Shown: one piece after another, positions 19,224-28,093 of the stretch
How positions within the stretch are numbered: position 1 is the first letter of the stretch
How the letters are laid out: the number at the start of each line of letters is the position of its first letter
Assembly (NCBI GenBank): GCA_016928395.1
Contig: JAFGKV010000186.1
Location: 599 to 64,598 of the forward strand
Reading direction: 5' to 3'
Source of the DNA: Candidatus Fermentibacterota bacterium
GTDB taxonomy: Bacteria; JAFGKV01
Length of the DNA stretch: 64,000 bases
Translations under genes and position numbers: made by a program
The notes under the pieces: generated by a model
What the model was told of the DNA's origin: nothing
Database searches by the model: none
The model's input: the letters and a program-made list of their open reading frames with translations, nothing else

Positions 19224-20173
19224 CCCAGCTTCCCGACGGTCACCGGCCATGGCATGAAGCCAATCACCATCCACGGAGCAATGCGCCGGGCGAACAACCC
19301 CAGCCGAGGCGTCCTCCGGTGCAGGGAGGGGCGGACCCGCACCGCCGCACACTTTGCCCGAGACACCGCGCGCCCGCGTCCCGCTGCGATGTGGCGGAGT
19401 AGACTGGCTATCTGGTAGCACCCATGCAATGGTCCCAGCGCAGGCCAGAGCACCCAGGGCGTATTGTGCCAAAACGCCCACTCCAGATTCCGTTGCGCTA
19501 GCGACAAAAGCAGGCCGGGCGTACGGCGCAGCGTTTGCCCTCCCAGATGCTCCACCACCGCACCGGGATGCAGCAGGCAGGAGTAGCCGGCATACCGCAG
19601 GCGCAAGGCAAGGTCAATGTCCTCGTCTTGCGCGAAGTACGCCCGGTCAAAGCCCCCCACTTCCATGAAGGCGTCTCGGCGGTAGATCGCTGCCCCGCCG
19701 CTGGCTCCGAAAACCTCCACGGCGTGGGGGGGGAGTTGGCAGGTCAACCGCCCCTCCATGCATCTGCGCCCTACTCCCCAGATGGTCCAGCGCAGGCCAG
19801 CTGACTCAACTACCCCTTCGGGCGAGAGAATCACCGATGCACACGAGCCGACAGCATCCCACCCAAAGACCGACTCCGCCGTTGCCAGCCATGCCTGATG
19901 TGGCCGTGCGTCATTGTTCAAGAAGGCGATAAGGTCAGCGCAAGACGCCTCGGCCCCCGCCTGCGCACCTCCCGCAAATCCGGCATTGGTGGAAAGCCGT
20001 ACCACTCGAATACGGGGATACTCTGAGCCAAGCCACGCGTCGGTCTCGTCGGTCGAGCCATTGTCCACCACCACGATGCCGTCAGCGACCCGTGTCTGGG
20101 CGGCCAGCGCATCCAAACACGACCCCAACAGGTGCCTGCCGTTCCACGAAGGAATGATGACGTCGATTCTCAT
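19220..20173 (-). CDS. GT2-family glycosyltransferase.
   Basis: MRIDVIIPSWNG...VVVDNGSTDETD...DEDIDLALR motifs. The start at 20173 overlaps the rlmN stop (ATGA). Confidence 0.75.
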   Translation of the reverse strand: MRIDVIIPSWNGRHLLGSCLDALAAQTRVADGIVVVDNGSTDETDAWLGSEYPRIRVVRLSTNAGFAGGAQAGAEASCADLIAFLNNDARPHQAWLATAESVFGWDAVGSCASVILSPEGVVESAGLRWTIWGVGRRCMEGRLTCQLPPHAVEVFGASGGAAIYRRDAFMEVGGFDRAYFAQDEDIDLALRLRYAGYSCLLHPGAVVEHLGGQTLRRTPGLLLSLAQRNLEWAFWHNTPWVLWPALGPLHGCYQIASLLRHIAAGRGRAVSRAKCAAVRVRPSLHRRTPRLGLFARRIAPWMVIGFMPWPVTVGKLG

Positions 20174-21294
20174 GGCACGGCTGGACCAGACGGTGTACAG
20201 GCACCGCCGGCCAATTGGCCGCATGCCGCTGCGATGTCACGACCCATGCTCTGACGCAAAGTCACGGCCCGGGGCCCGGGTTGCAGCCACTCCATGAACT
20301 GGCGCGTTCTGTGCGGCGACGATGCGCGGAACTCCCCATCGCCTGCATCGTTGAACACGATAAGGTTAATCTTGCAGGCGAGGTTGGTGGCCAGGGATGA
20401 CAAGGCCCGAGCACAGGACGGGGTATCGTTGATTCCCTCAAGAAGCACATACTCCAGGGTGATCGTTGCTTTGGTGGCCGCCGCATACTGCTTCAATGCA
20501 GGTACGACCTCGGCCAGCGGAGGGGCCTTGGGCATGAGTGAGAGCCGCAGCGACTCCCACGGGGCATTGAGACTGAGCGCAAGGCGAGGCTTCAGCCCTG
20601 ATTCGGCCAGGGCACGAATTCCGTCGGGAATACCGCAGGTGCTTACCGTGATGCGCCGGGAGGCATAGCCGAAACCGTGTTCCCAGACCAAGACGCGAAT
20701 CGCCTCGATGACCGGCCGAGGCTCCAGCAGGGGTTCTCCCATCCCCATGAACACCACATGCGTCGGCCTCGACAGCCCAGCCCCGGCCGGCTGCGGTCGT
20801 TGGATCGCCAAGAGCTGTTCCAGGATCTCTCCGGTGCCAAGGGTACGCCCGCGCCCCCGTCGCCCGGTGACGCAGAAGACGCAGGCCATGGGGCACCCTG
20901 TTTGGGAGGATAGACATACCGTGGTGCGTCGCGCCGCCGGAAGATGCACCGTCTCCACGGCGTCACCTGAAGCGAACTGCACCAGCACCTTGCATGATCC
21001 GTCTGTTGACGTGGAGGACACCTCGATGGCTGCTCTTCGGACACACCACTCCTGGGCGAGACGGCGCCTCAGCACTGCCGAAACATCGCTCATCCCGTCG
21101 ATATCTTCTACATCGTGCTGGTACAGCCACCGGGCGATCTGCGAGGCTCGGAACGGACGCTCGCCCAGTCTTTGTGCCAACTCCCCAAGCCCTGTTCTAC
21201 CCAGGTCGCGTATGTCGGCAGCGGCCGACCCCTGCCAACCCTGCTCTGCGCAATCGCCGTACGCCGGTGGGTTCTCGGTGTGTCGGCAATTCAT
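20170..21294 (-). CDS. rlmN: 23S rRNA (adenine2503-C2)/tRNA methyltransferase RlmN (radical SAM).
   Basis: FRASQIARWLYQ N-terminal domain, CLSSQTGCPMACVFCVTG radical-SAM motif, GMGEPL, and C-terminal DIAAACGQL. It is embedded head-to-tail in the glycosyltransferase train. Confidence 0.85.
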   Translation of the reverse strand: MNCRHTENPPAYGDCAEQGWQGSAAADIRDLGRTGLGELAQRLGERPFRASQIARWLYQHDVEDIDGMSDVSAVLRRRLAQEWCVRRAAIEVSSTSTDGSCKVLVQFASGDAVETVHLPAARRTTVCLSSQTGCPMACVFCVTGRRGRGRTLGTGEILEQLLAIQRPQPAGAGLSRPTHVVFMGMGEPLLEPRPVIEAIRVLVWEHGFGYASRRITVSTCGIPDGIRALAESGLKPRLALSLNAPWESLRLSLMPKAPPLAEVVPALKQYAAATKATITLEYVLLEGINDTPSCARALSSLATNLACKINLIVFNDAGDGEFRASSPHRTRQFMEWLQPGPRAVTLRQSMGRDIAAACGQLAGGACTPSGPAVP

Positions 21295-21332
21295 CGAGTG
21301 CTTCGCCCTGGAGCCTATCTGCGTAGGTCCAT

Positions 21333-23747
21333 TCACCGTGTTGAGAGCACCAGAGCGCTCAGAGGAGGCACCTCCAGACGCACCGCTCCCGCGTACTGGT
21401 TCGCCTCACCTTCTCCCCATCGCCTGAGCAGGCGCTTCACCGCCAGACTCTGTAGGCTCACCTGGCCTGACCATTCGTGCTCCGTCAGGTTGAACGCTAT
21501 GACGGCATAGTCATCGAAGAACGCCCGAGCCATGACCAGAACGTGGTCCTCGATATGAAGCGGAAGGAAGTCACCGAAGGACAGTGCGGGGATGTCCCGC
21601 TTGAGCCGACCCAAGGCCCTCATGGATGCGAGGTGCATGTGCTCATCGGTGGATAGCTCATCGCCGAACCGCATCATCCGCCGGTTGTCAGGGTCAGCCG
21701 CACCCGGCATGCCGATCTCATCGCCATAGTAGAGCACGGGAATGCCGGGGATGGACAGGTTGAACAGGAAGAAGAGCTGCATCCGCCGGTACACGATGGG
21801 ATCGCGCACCGTCACCTCGTTCGTCCAGCCCCATCGGCGTTCGTCTGCGCCGGGAGGCATGTCGCCCTGGGCCAGGGTCACGAATCGCACCTGGTCGTGG
21901 CTACCGGTGACATTTGCCATCATGTGCAGGGGCCCGAAGGAGTCCAGCGACTGGTCCAGCTCCCGGATCACCTGGACGAACGATGCGCCGGGGCGGCCGC
22001 AGAAGAGAGGCCGGGAGGCATAGTAGAGGTTGAAATCGAACTGGCCATCCATCTCGGCGGGGCAGACATAGCTGCCCACCAGAGCACGCGAACCAAAAGT
22101 TTCTCCGATCTGGAGGAGGGGTTGGTGTGGCGAAGCCTCACGAAGCCCGGCGGTCAGTGCGCGCCAGAATCCGTGGGGAATGTGCTTGGTGGCATCGTGC
22201 CGGAATCCGTCGAGATCGAAGGTGGTGAGCCACCATGCTGCGGAGCAGACCATCGAGTCCACGCCAGGAGCGCCCAAGGAGAGATCCAAGGTCGGAAGGA
22301 ACGGGTCAAACCAGGTGGATAGGCGATGCTCGTCCCAGTGGCGCAGGTTGAGCGTACCGTCGGGCAGCGTGAGGTTCTGGAATAGACTGGGATGCTCGGT
22401 CGCCCACGGGTGATCAACATGGACATGATGCGGCACCAGATCTAGGATCACGCGGAGACCGCGGGCATGGGCCGCGGCTACCAGATCCCGCATCAGCGCG
22501 ACAGCCCCAAATCGAGACTCGATGGCGCGGTCGGCGGCCGGCCAATATCCGTGATACCCGCTATAGGCCATGGCTGCCGGAAACTCGGCATCGGGAATGG
22601 GGAGCCGGCGCGCCCCGAAGTAGGGATCAACGGATTCGGTCAGGAGCGAGTCCAGGGCCTCGACTGAGAGACCGCGCATCTCGTTCGTGTACTCCAGCGG
22701 CGAGATAGCGGCCTTCTCAGGACCCGGGTAGAGCGGACCCATCCACAGAGTACTCACACCCAACGAGTCGAAATAGCCCTCGTCCAGCGTGTGCCTCACC
22801 CCCGCCAGATCTCCGCCCTGGTAGTTGACCAGATGATGCACCCCCGGATGGCACAAAGGCCTGTCATTGGAGGGATCTCCGTTGCGGAACCGGTCAGGGA
22901 AGAGACTGTAGATGAGACTGTCGTAGAACCCCGCATCAGCCCCGGGCCGGCCGCGGGGCTGACCATGGTCCAGCCAGGTCCAGCATTCGGGCAAAGGTCG
23001 GCTCTGCGCGTCGAGACCAAGAATCCGAAGCAGGCCTCCCCCTTGGGGCGTGACCCGGAGCAGCCCCTCTTCGTAGCTGAATGGAGCTTCCAGCCCATCC
23101 AGGAGCACAAAGACTGCTTCGGGGGAATCGTCCGGGGGATACAGCGAGAAGGTCAGCGTACCATCCTGGTGGCCTGTTTTCAGGAACCGACGGGTCGAGG
23201 TACCCAGGCCGATATGAATGACCGAGTTATGGCCACCCAGCCCATCATCCACACGGTCGGGATTGGTCGGATCCGCGATCCACGAGCCGTCAACGACGAA
23301 CTTGTAATGATAGGTTCCAGGACTCAAGGCAAGGCGCGAGTGGAAGCTGCCGTCGACGCATTCCATGGGGTTGGCCGTTGCGCTCCAGCCGTTGAATGAG
23401 CCCGCAACGAACGCCGATGACGGCGCGGGTTCCTGGCACGAGTAGACCAACTCGACATCGGCCATGGGCCTGCGTTCCACCGGAATCACCATCGAGCGGC
23501 CCAAAGCTCTCAGCTGGACAAGCCCGAGCGTGCCGCCTTCACCGGCGGCGTTCAGCACCAATGAGTCGCCCTCAACGCACGCGTCGATGCCCTCTGGACA
23601 ACCTTCAACGATCCACGGACCCGGTTGCGACCAGGCCGAGAGGTCCAATGTCTCCGGCCGGGCGCCAATGAGACGAATCGTAGGCGGGAAGGGCGAGGCC
23701 GCAATAGAGGCCGTTGCCAGTACTCCCGTAAGAAACAGTCGCCACAT
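21333..23747 (-). CDS. GH13 alpha-amylase-family enzyme with an N-terminal CBM48/E-set glycogen-binding module (pullulanase/amylase-like), secreted.
   Basis: Signal peptide MWRLFLTGVLATASIAASP at 23747. FNGWS...YHYKFVVDGSWIADPTNP CBM48-like block. Catalytic GFRHDATKH, the EMDGQ region and the YYGDEIG motif of GH13. Confidence 0.85.
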   Translation of the reverse strand: MWRLFLTGVLATASIAASPFPPTIRLIGARPETLDLSAWSQPGPWIVEGCPEGIDACVEGDSLVLNAAGEGGTLGLVQLRALGRSMVIPVERRPMADVELVYSCQEPAPSSAFVAGSFNGWSATANPMECVDGSFHSRLALSPGTYHYKFVVDGSWIADPTNPDRVDDGLGGHNSVIHIGLGTSTRRFLKTGHQDGTLTFSLYPPDDSPEAVFVLLDGLEAPFSYEEGLLRVTPQGGGLLRILGLDAQSRPLPECWTWLDHGQPRGRPGADAGFYDSLIYSLFPDRFRNGDPSNDRPLCHPGVHHLVNYQGGDLAGVRHTLDEGYFDSLGVSTLWMGPLYPGPEKAAISPLEYTNEMRGLSVEALDSLLTESVDPYFGARRLPIPDAEFPAAMAYSGYHGYWPAADRAIESRFGAVALMRDLVAAAHARGLRVILDLVPHHVHVDHPWATEHPSLFQNLTLPDGTLNLRHWDEHRLSTWFDPFLPTLDLSLGAPGVDSMVCSAAWWLTTFDLDGFRHDATKHIPHGFWRALTAGLREASPHQPLLQIGETFGSRALVGSYVCPAEMDGQFDFNLYYASRPLFCGRPGASFVQVIRELDQSLDSFGPLHMMANVTGSHDQVRFVTLAQGDMPPGADERRWGWTNEVTVRDPIVYRRMQLFFLFNLSIPGIPVLYYGDEIGMPGAADPDNRRMMRFGDELSTDEHMHLASMRALGRLKRDIPALSFGDFLPLHIEDHVLVMARAFFDDYAVIAFNLTEHEWSGQVSLQSLAVKRLLRRWGEGEANQYAGAVRLEVPPLSALVLSTR

Positions 23748-24172
23748 AGAATCCTCCTCCTCGGCCAAGGGCCGCTCCAAAGCACTCGCCTCGTGAGTGC
23801 TGACGATTCATCCGACTGCGGTGCAGGGCCAAGCACTGCCCCTTCCAGACACTAGGTGCAGCGGGCGGCGGCTTTCGGCACGGACACGCCGGGTGACACA
23901 CCCATACCCGTGGTCACAGGGCGGGCATGAGGCAGCGACCGGGCCTCATCACCCTTGCACAAGGATGGATCAGACAGTAGCCTCCCCGGGCAGGTGCTGC
24001 CGCCGTCAGCGCTATCGTCTCTCGCGCCACAACCCATCGAGACTCGGCATCTTTGTCCATCAATCCTTGCGTGGGGGGTCCCTGACGGGCCCAGTCGGAT
24101 GATCGAGAGAGACCAACCCCATCTTACACTGCGGTCGAGAAAGCGGCAAGAGCCCTCAGGAGGTGTGCAAAG

Positions 24173-25147
24173 GTGGATGACCTCAGGAAAATCCCCCGCC
24201 CGGTGGCACTCCTCTTCTCCGTTGACCACGCAGCCTGGATCGCCGGCGTCCCCGCCTCCCACGCCTTTCACAGCCCCACGCGCATGGCGTCGGTGGTGCT
24301 GTACGCCCACGCCGTCTATGGTCATGACCTGGTGGTTGTCCACAGCGATGCGTTCATCCTCTTGGAGGCACTGGGAGGGGAGTGCGCCTACTCTGACGCC
24401 GGTCCCCCCGTGCTGATACGCAGACCTCCTGCGGAGTCAGAGCGTCCCATCGATCCGGAGAGGGACGGCCGCATTCCCCTACTGCTCGAGGCCGCATCCT
24501 TGGTGCGGCGGCATCTATCCGGCATGTCCGCGGTGGCAGTTTCCATTACTGGGCCCCTCACTTTGGCTGCGGGCGTAGTCGGTGAAGCAGGCTTCCTCGC
24601 GTCCCTGGGCAGCATGACGGCCCAGTATCGCACCGTCTTGGCCTGCGCCGAAGAGACTGTGGCAAATATCGCGCGGGCGGCTCGCCGGGAAGGAATGCTC
24701 GTCATGCTGGCTGAACCCCTCGCTGGCATGCTGAGTCCCTCGCTTTTTGAGGCGGAGGCGGCGCCAACGCTGCGTCGCATCCTTGCCGACGCAGAGGCCA
24801 TCGTGCACATTTGCGGCGATTGCTCGCATCTGCTCCCCCTCCTTCCCGCTGTCGGAGCATCCGCCTTCAGTCTTGATGATGTGGACATAGGTGCAGCATC
24901 GCGGACGCTCCTGGATACAACGATGCTGATGGGAGGAGTGACCCCCTTTGCCATCCGGGAGGGGCCGCCGGAGCGAGTGCGAGTTCTGGCACGGGAGGCC
25001 TGTGCCACGGGGAGTGGGTTGGTACCCTGCAGTGGTTGCGATCTTGTGTGGGATACTCCTCGGGAGAACGCCAGGGCGTTCGTGCAGGGCGCTCGGGACG
25101 CGACGAGCAATCAAGGGGAACCGGATCGCCCCCTGGCCACGCGATGA
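24173..25147 (+). CDS. Uroporphyrinogen-decarboxylase (URO-D)-family protein, MtaA/CmuA-like; function unclear.
   Basis: Overall TIM-barrel URO-D-like pattern (...AIVHICGDCSHLLPLL...FSLDD...). It lacks the canonical HemE N-terminal PIWLMRQAGR motif. GTG start at 24173 with AGGAGG 10 nt upstream. Assignment is tentative. Confidence 0.45.
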   Translation: MDDLRKIPRPVALLFSVDHAAWIAGVPASHAFHSPTRMASVVLYAHAVYGHDLVVVHSDAFILLEALGGECAYSDAGPPVLIRRPPAESERPIDPERDGRIPLLLEAASLVRRHLSGMSAVAVSITGPLTLAAGVVGEAGFLASLGSMTAQYRTVLACAEETVANIARAARREGMLVMLAEPLAGMLSPSLFEAEAAPTLRRILADAEAIVHICGDCSHLLPLLPAVGASAFSLDDVDIGAASRTLLDTTMLMGGVTPFAIREGPPERVRVLAREACATGSGLVPCSGCDLVWDTPRENARAFVQGARDATSNQGEPDRPLATR

Positions 25148-25235
25148 GGGGAGCAGGCGCATCCTTGTCTTCCCTTCGAAACCCTCGGAACGGCAGCGCT
25201 GTGCCGAATTTCCCCTGAGAATACAAGGAGCCTTG

Positions 25236-26351
25236 ATGCACGCACTGGTTACGACACGCGGCCTGCTCGGCCTGGCACTCATGCTGCCGTGCGTCTCCTT
25301 GGCGCAACCCGAGATTCCGACGGGGAAGCCTCCCGTATCCACGATGATCATACCGGAAACCCTCGCGCTGTGTGGTGAAACCCTGCCGCTGCACAGAGCC
25401 GATGTGCGAGAACGTCTGGAGCGGGAATTCTACTTCAACCTCGACCGGGAAGGCCAACTGGTGCTCTACCTCAAGCGCCTTGCCCGCACCAACCCCGTTG
25501 TCGAGCCCATCTTACGGGAGATGAACCTTCCCGACGACTTGAAGTTCGTCCCCGTGGCGGAAAGCGGCCTCGTGTTCAGGGCAGCCAGTGCTGCCGCTGC
25601 GGTGGGCTACTGGCAGTTCGTCAAGGGAACGGCACTGCGATACGGCCTTACAGTAGGAACCTATGTGGACGAACGCCGTGATCTTGCCAAGTCGACCCGT
25701 GCGGCCGGTGCCTACCTGAGAGACCTGCACACGCAGTTCGGCTCATGGGCGGTCGCGCTGGGTGCGTACAATTGGGGCGAAAACCGCATGGACCGGGCCA
25801 TTCGGGAACAAGGGACTACTTCATACTACGACCTCTACTTGCCCGATGAGACCGATCGCTTCGTGTTTCGCATCGCCTGCATGAAACTGCTGCTGGACAA
25901 TCCACAGAGGCATGACCTCTACCTGCCGGAGGAGCGCCTCTATTCGTTACCCCTGACCGATGAGGTGGAAATCCGAGCCAAGAGCTCTCTGCATATCGCG
26001 GAACTGGCGCAGGCTGCCGCGGTGTCTGCCCGCGAGTTTCGTCACTTGAATCAGTGGATGAACGCCAACACGCTGCCGGCCGGTACATACCGCTTCTCGG
26101 TTCCCCGGGGCTCTGGGCAGACCTTTGAGAACCGGCTTCGCCAGTCATCGCCGGCCCCTGCCTCGAGACCGCCCGGTTCGGCAGCGGTTCATGTAGTACG
26201 CCAGGGCGACAGCCTCACACGGATCGCCATGCGGTACGGGGTGTCGTTGGAGGATCTCGAGCGCTGGAATGGCGTCTCACGACGACACGCCATCCACCCC
26301 GGTCAACGGCTGATTGTGGGATCCCCCACATCGGGCGCAGACAAGTCGTGA
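25236..26351 (+). CDS. Lytic transglycosylase (SLT domain) with a C-terminal LysM domain; MltD-like.
   Basis: Signal peptide MHALVTTRGLLGLALMLPCVSLAQ. Family-1 LT motifs AESGL...ASAAAAVGYWQF...TALRYGL. C-terminal LysM (VHVVRQGDSLTRIAMRYGVSLEDLERWNG...GQRLIV). Confidence 0.75.
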   Translation: MHALVTTRGLLGLALMLPCVSLAQPEIPTGKPPVSTMIIPETLALCGETLPLHRADVRERLEREFYFNLDREGQLVLYLKRLARTNPVVEPILREMNLPDDLKFVPVAESGLVFRAASAAAAVGYWQFVKGTALRYGLTVGTYVDERRDLAKSTRAAGAYLRDLHTQFGSWAVALGAYNWGENRMDRAIREQGTTSYYDLYLPDETDRFVFRIACMKLLLDNPQRHDLYLPEERLYSLPLTDEVEIRAKSSLHIAELAQAAAVSAREFRHLNQWMNANTLPAGTYRFSVPRGSGQTFENRLRQSSPAPASRPPGSAAVHVVRQGDSLTRIAMRYGVSLEDLERWNGVSRRHAIHPGQRLIVGSPTSGADKS

Positions 26352-26366
26352 TTTCTCCGTGCCGCA

Positions 26367-26392
26367 GAGAGCTCCATGCATGGAGCTCTCTT
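26367..26392. terminator. 26-bp perfect palindrome immediately after the mltD-like stop; candidate intrinsic terminator without a U-tract.
   Basis: AGAGAGCTCCATGCATGGAGCTCTCT is a perfect inverted repeat, 16 bp after the stop at 26351. Confidence 0.3.
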
Positions 26393-26550
26393 GGGAACGT
26401 TGTGCCTTTCCCAGAAGCGCTTCATACTTCGAGCCGCTCACCATTGCAGCCTGTGGAACGACCACTCCGGGAACTTCACCCAGGGCACGGGGTAGGTGGA
26501 ACCGGACGGGTTGTTGACAACCACACCGCCCATCACTAATGTCTTGGAGT

Positions 26551-26573
26551 GTGGCCAGACGCGCTCTGGCCAC
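26551..26573. promoter_or_regulatory. Hairpin (9-bp stem, 5-nt loop) 60 bp upstream of the DksA/TraR-family gene; candidate operator or attenuator.
   Basis: GTGGCCAGA-CGCGC-TCTGGCCAC. Confidence 0.2.
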
Positions 26574-26633
26574 ATTGCTCATGTTCTCCAACCCGCCAGC
26601 TGAGCTGACGGCTCGTCTCTGTGGGAGCGCGCC

Positions 26634-27077
26634 ATGGATCAACAGACCCTCCAGCAGATCAAAGACCGGCTCCAGGAGCGCAAGACTGAGCTCCTTCGTC
26701 TCATCAAGGAGCAGCAGGAGGAGATGGGCGCCATCCAGTCCACACGTTCTCCTGACTGGCTCGATCTCACCACCGCCACTGAGAACATCCACCTGCTGAT
26801 GACTCTTGGCGACAACGAACGTCGCGAACTCGACGACATCGAGATCGCTCTCGGCAAGATCGACGATGGAAGCTACGGCGAATGTGAGGCTTGTGGAAGA
26901 CGGATTAGGCCTGCGCGGCTCGAAGCGCTCATCACTGCCCGCCTCTGCAAGAAATGCAAGGACGAGGAGGAAGCCACGCTGCGGCCCAATGCCCCGAGCT
27001 ACAGCATCGGTTGGCGCGCCATAGAGCAGGATCCGACGCTTCTGGCCGGCGCCGGTGAGGAAGAGGAGAAGGAGTGA
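26634..27077 (+). CDS. DksA/TraR-family C4-type zinc-finger transcription factor.
   Basis: N-terminal coiled-coil region and the C-terminal CEACGRRI...RLCKKC four-Cys zinc finger. Confidence 0.8.
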   Translation: MDQQTLQQIKDRLQERKTELLRLIKEQQEEMGAIQSTRSPDWLDLTTATENIHLLMTLGDNERRELDDIEIALGKIDDGSYGECEACGRRIRPARLEALITARLCKKCKDEEEATLRPNAPSYSIGWRAIEQDPTLLAGAGEEEEKE

Positions 27078-27103
27078 CAGCCGTTCGGGTTGTCCGGTGA
27101 CGG

Positions 27104-27952
27104 GTGGGGAGGTTCATCAGTAGGCGGAGATTCCTCACGTATGCGGCCGGCGCAGCCGTCGGCACCGGACTCTACGGCGTGGCCTGGGAGCCTCGCCGTT
27201 TTCATATAGCAGACGAGTCGGTGGTTATCCGAGGGCTGCCTCAGGCGTTGTACGGCCTCAAGGTCGTTCACCTCTCGGACTTTCATCGTGGACACTGGGT
27301 GAGCGAGGATCACATTGGCCGAGCGGGAGACCTGGCGCGCACGCTTGACGCCGATCTGGTCGTGCTGACGGGTGACTTCGTGACGGGGCGAGCGTCCTAC
27401 GCATGGAGCTGTCTTGATGCGTTGGGAAGCATTCCTTCGCGCTTGGGTACCTTTGCTGTCATGGGAAACCATGATTGGTGGACGGACAGCACCGTAGTAC
27501 GGCGAGCCCTGGCCCGCGCCGGGGTTCACGTGCTCTCCAATGCCGCGGTTCGCATCACCCTTGACGACTCGCCGTTGTGGCTTCTCGGGGTCGAAGACAT
27601 GTGGAGTCCTGCCTTCTCGCTGGCAAAGGCCGTCTACGCCGCAGGCAGCAATGAGCCCCGGATCCTCCTGTGCCATAACCCGGATGTCTTTGCCACCGCC
27701 TCTGCCTGGGGCCTTGACCTCGTTCTCTCCGGCCACACCCATGGCGGCCAGGTGTGCCTGCCCGGCATAGGGCCGCTCCTTCTGCCGATACGAGCCGACC
27801 GACGGCTTGCCTCGGGAACCCACCGGGTCGGGCGGACCAGCATTCATGTCACCCGGGGCGTGGGAGTCGTGGCGCCTCCTGTGCGAATCAACTGCCCTCC
27901 GGAAGTGTCCCGAATCACGTTGCACCCGGAGGCCGACTATCCCGTTGCCTGA
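27104..27952 (+). CDS. Tat-exported calcineurin-like metallophosphoesterase (YkuE/YaeI-like).
   Basis: Twin-arginine motif SRRRFLTYAAGAAVG. Metallophosphoesterase motifs HLSDFH, GDFV, GNHD, GHTHGG. GTG start. Confidence 0.75.
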   Translation: MGRFISRRRFLTYAAGAAVGTGLYGVAWEPRRFHIADESVVIRGLPQALYGLKVVHLSDFHRGHWVSEDHIGRAGDLARTLDADLVVLTGDFVTGRASYAWSCLDALGSIPSRLGTFAVMGNHDWWTDSTVVRRALARAGVHVLSNAAVRITLDDSPLWLLGVEDMWSPAFSLAKAVYAAGSNEPRILLCHNPDVFATASAWGLDLVLSGHTHGGQVCLPGIGPLLLPIRADRRLASGTHRVGRTSIHVTRGVGVVAPPVRINCPPEVSRITLHPEADYPVA

Positions 27953-28093
27953 CCACACATGTCCTTATCCGTGGGAGGTCCACTGGAGTCCTTCTCTCAG
28001 TCCCCTCTGGCTCAGGGCACGGGGGTTTTGATGCTCCCTGGGTAGACACGTACTTTGTTTGACAGAATCTCGGTTCACGGAGGGAGCAGAAGA

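Noticed and set aside
24948-25235. 5' extension of the lytic transglycosylase ORF.
   Set aside because: The extension overlaps the 3' end of the URO-D-like gene in another frame and is Arg/Gly-rich. The ATG at 25236 yields a clean signal peptide.
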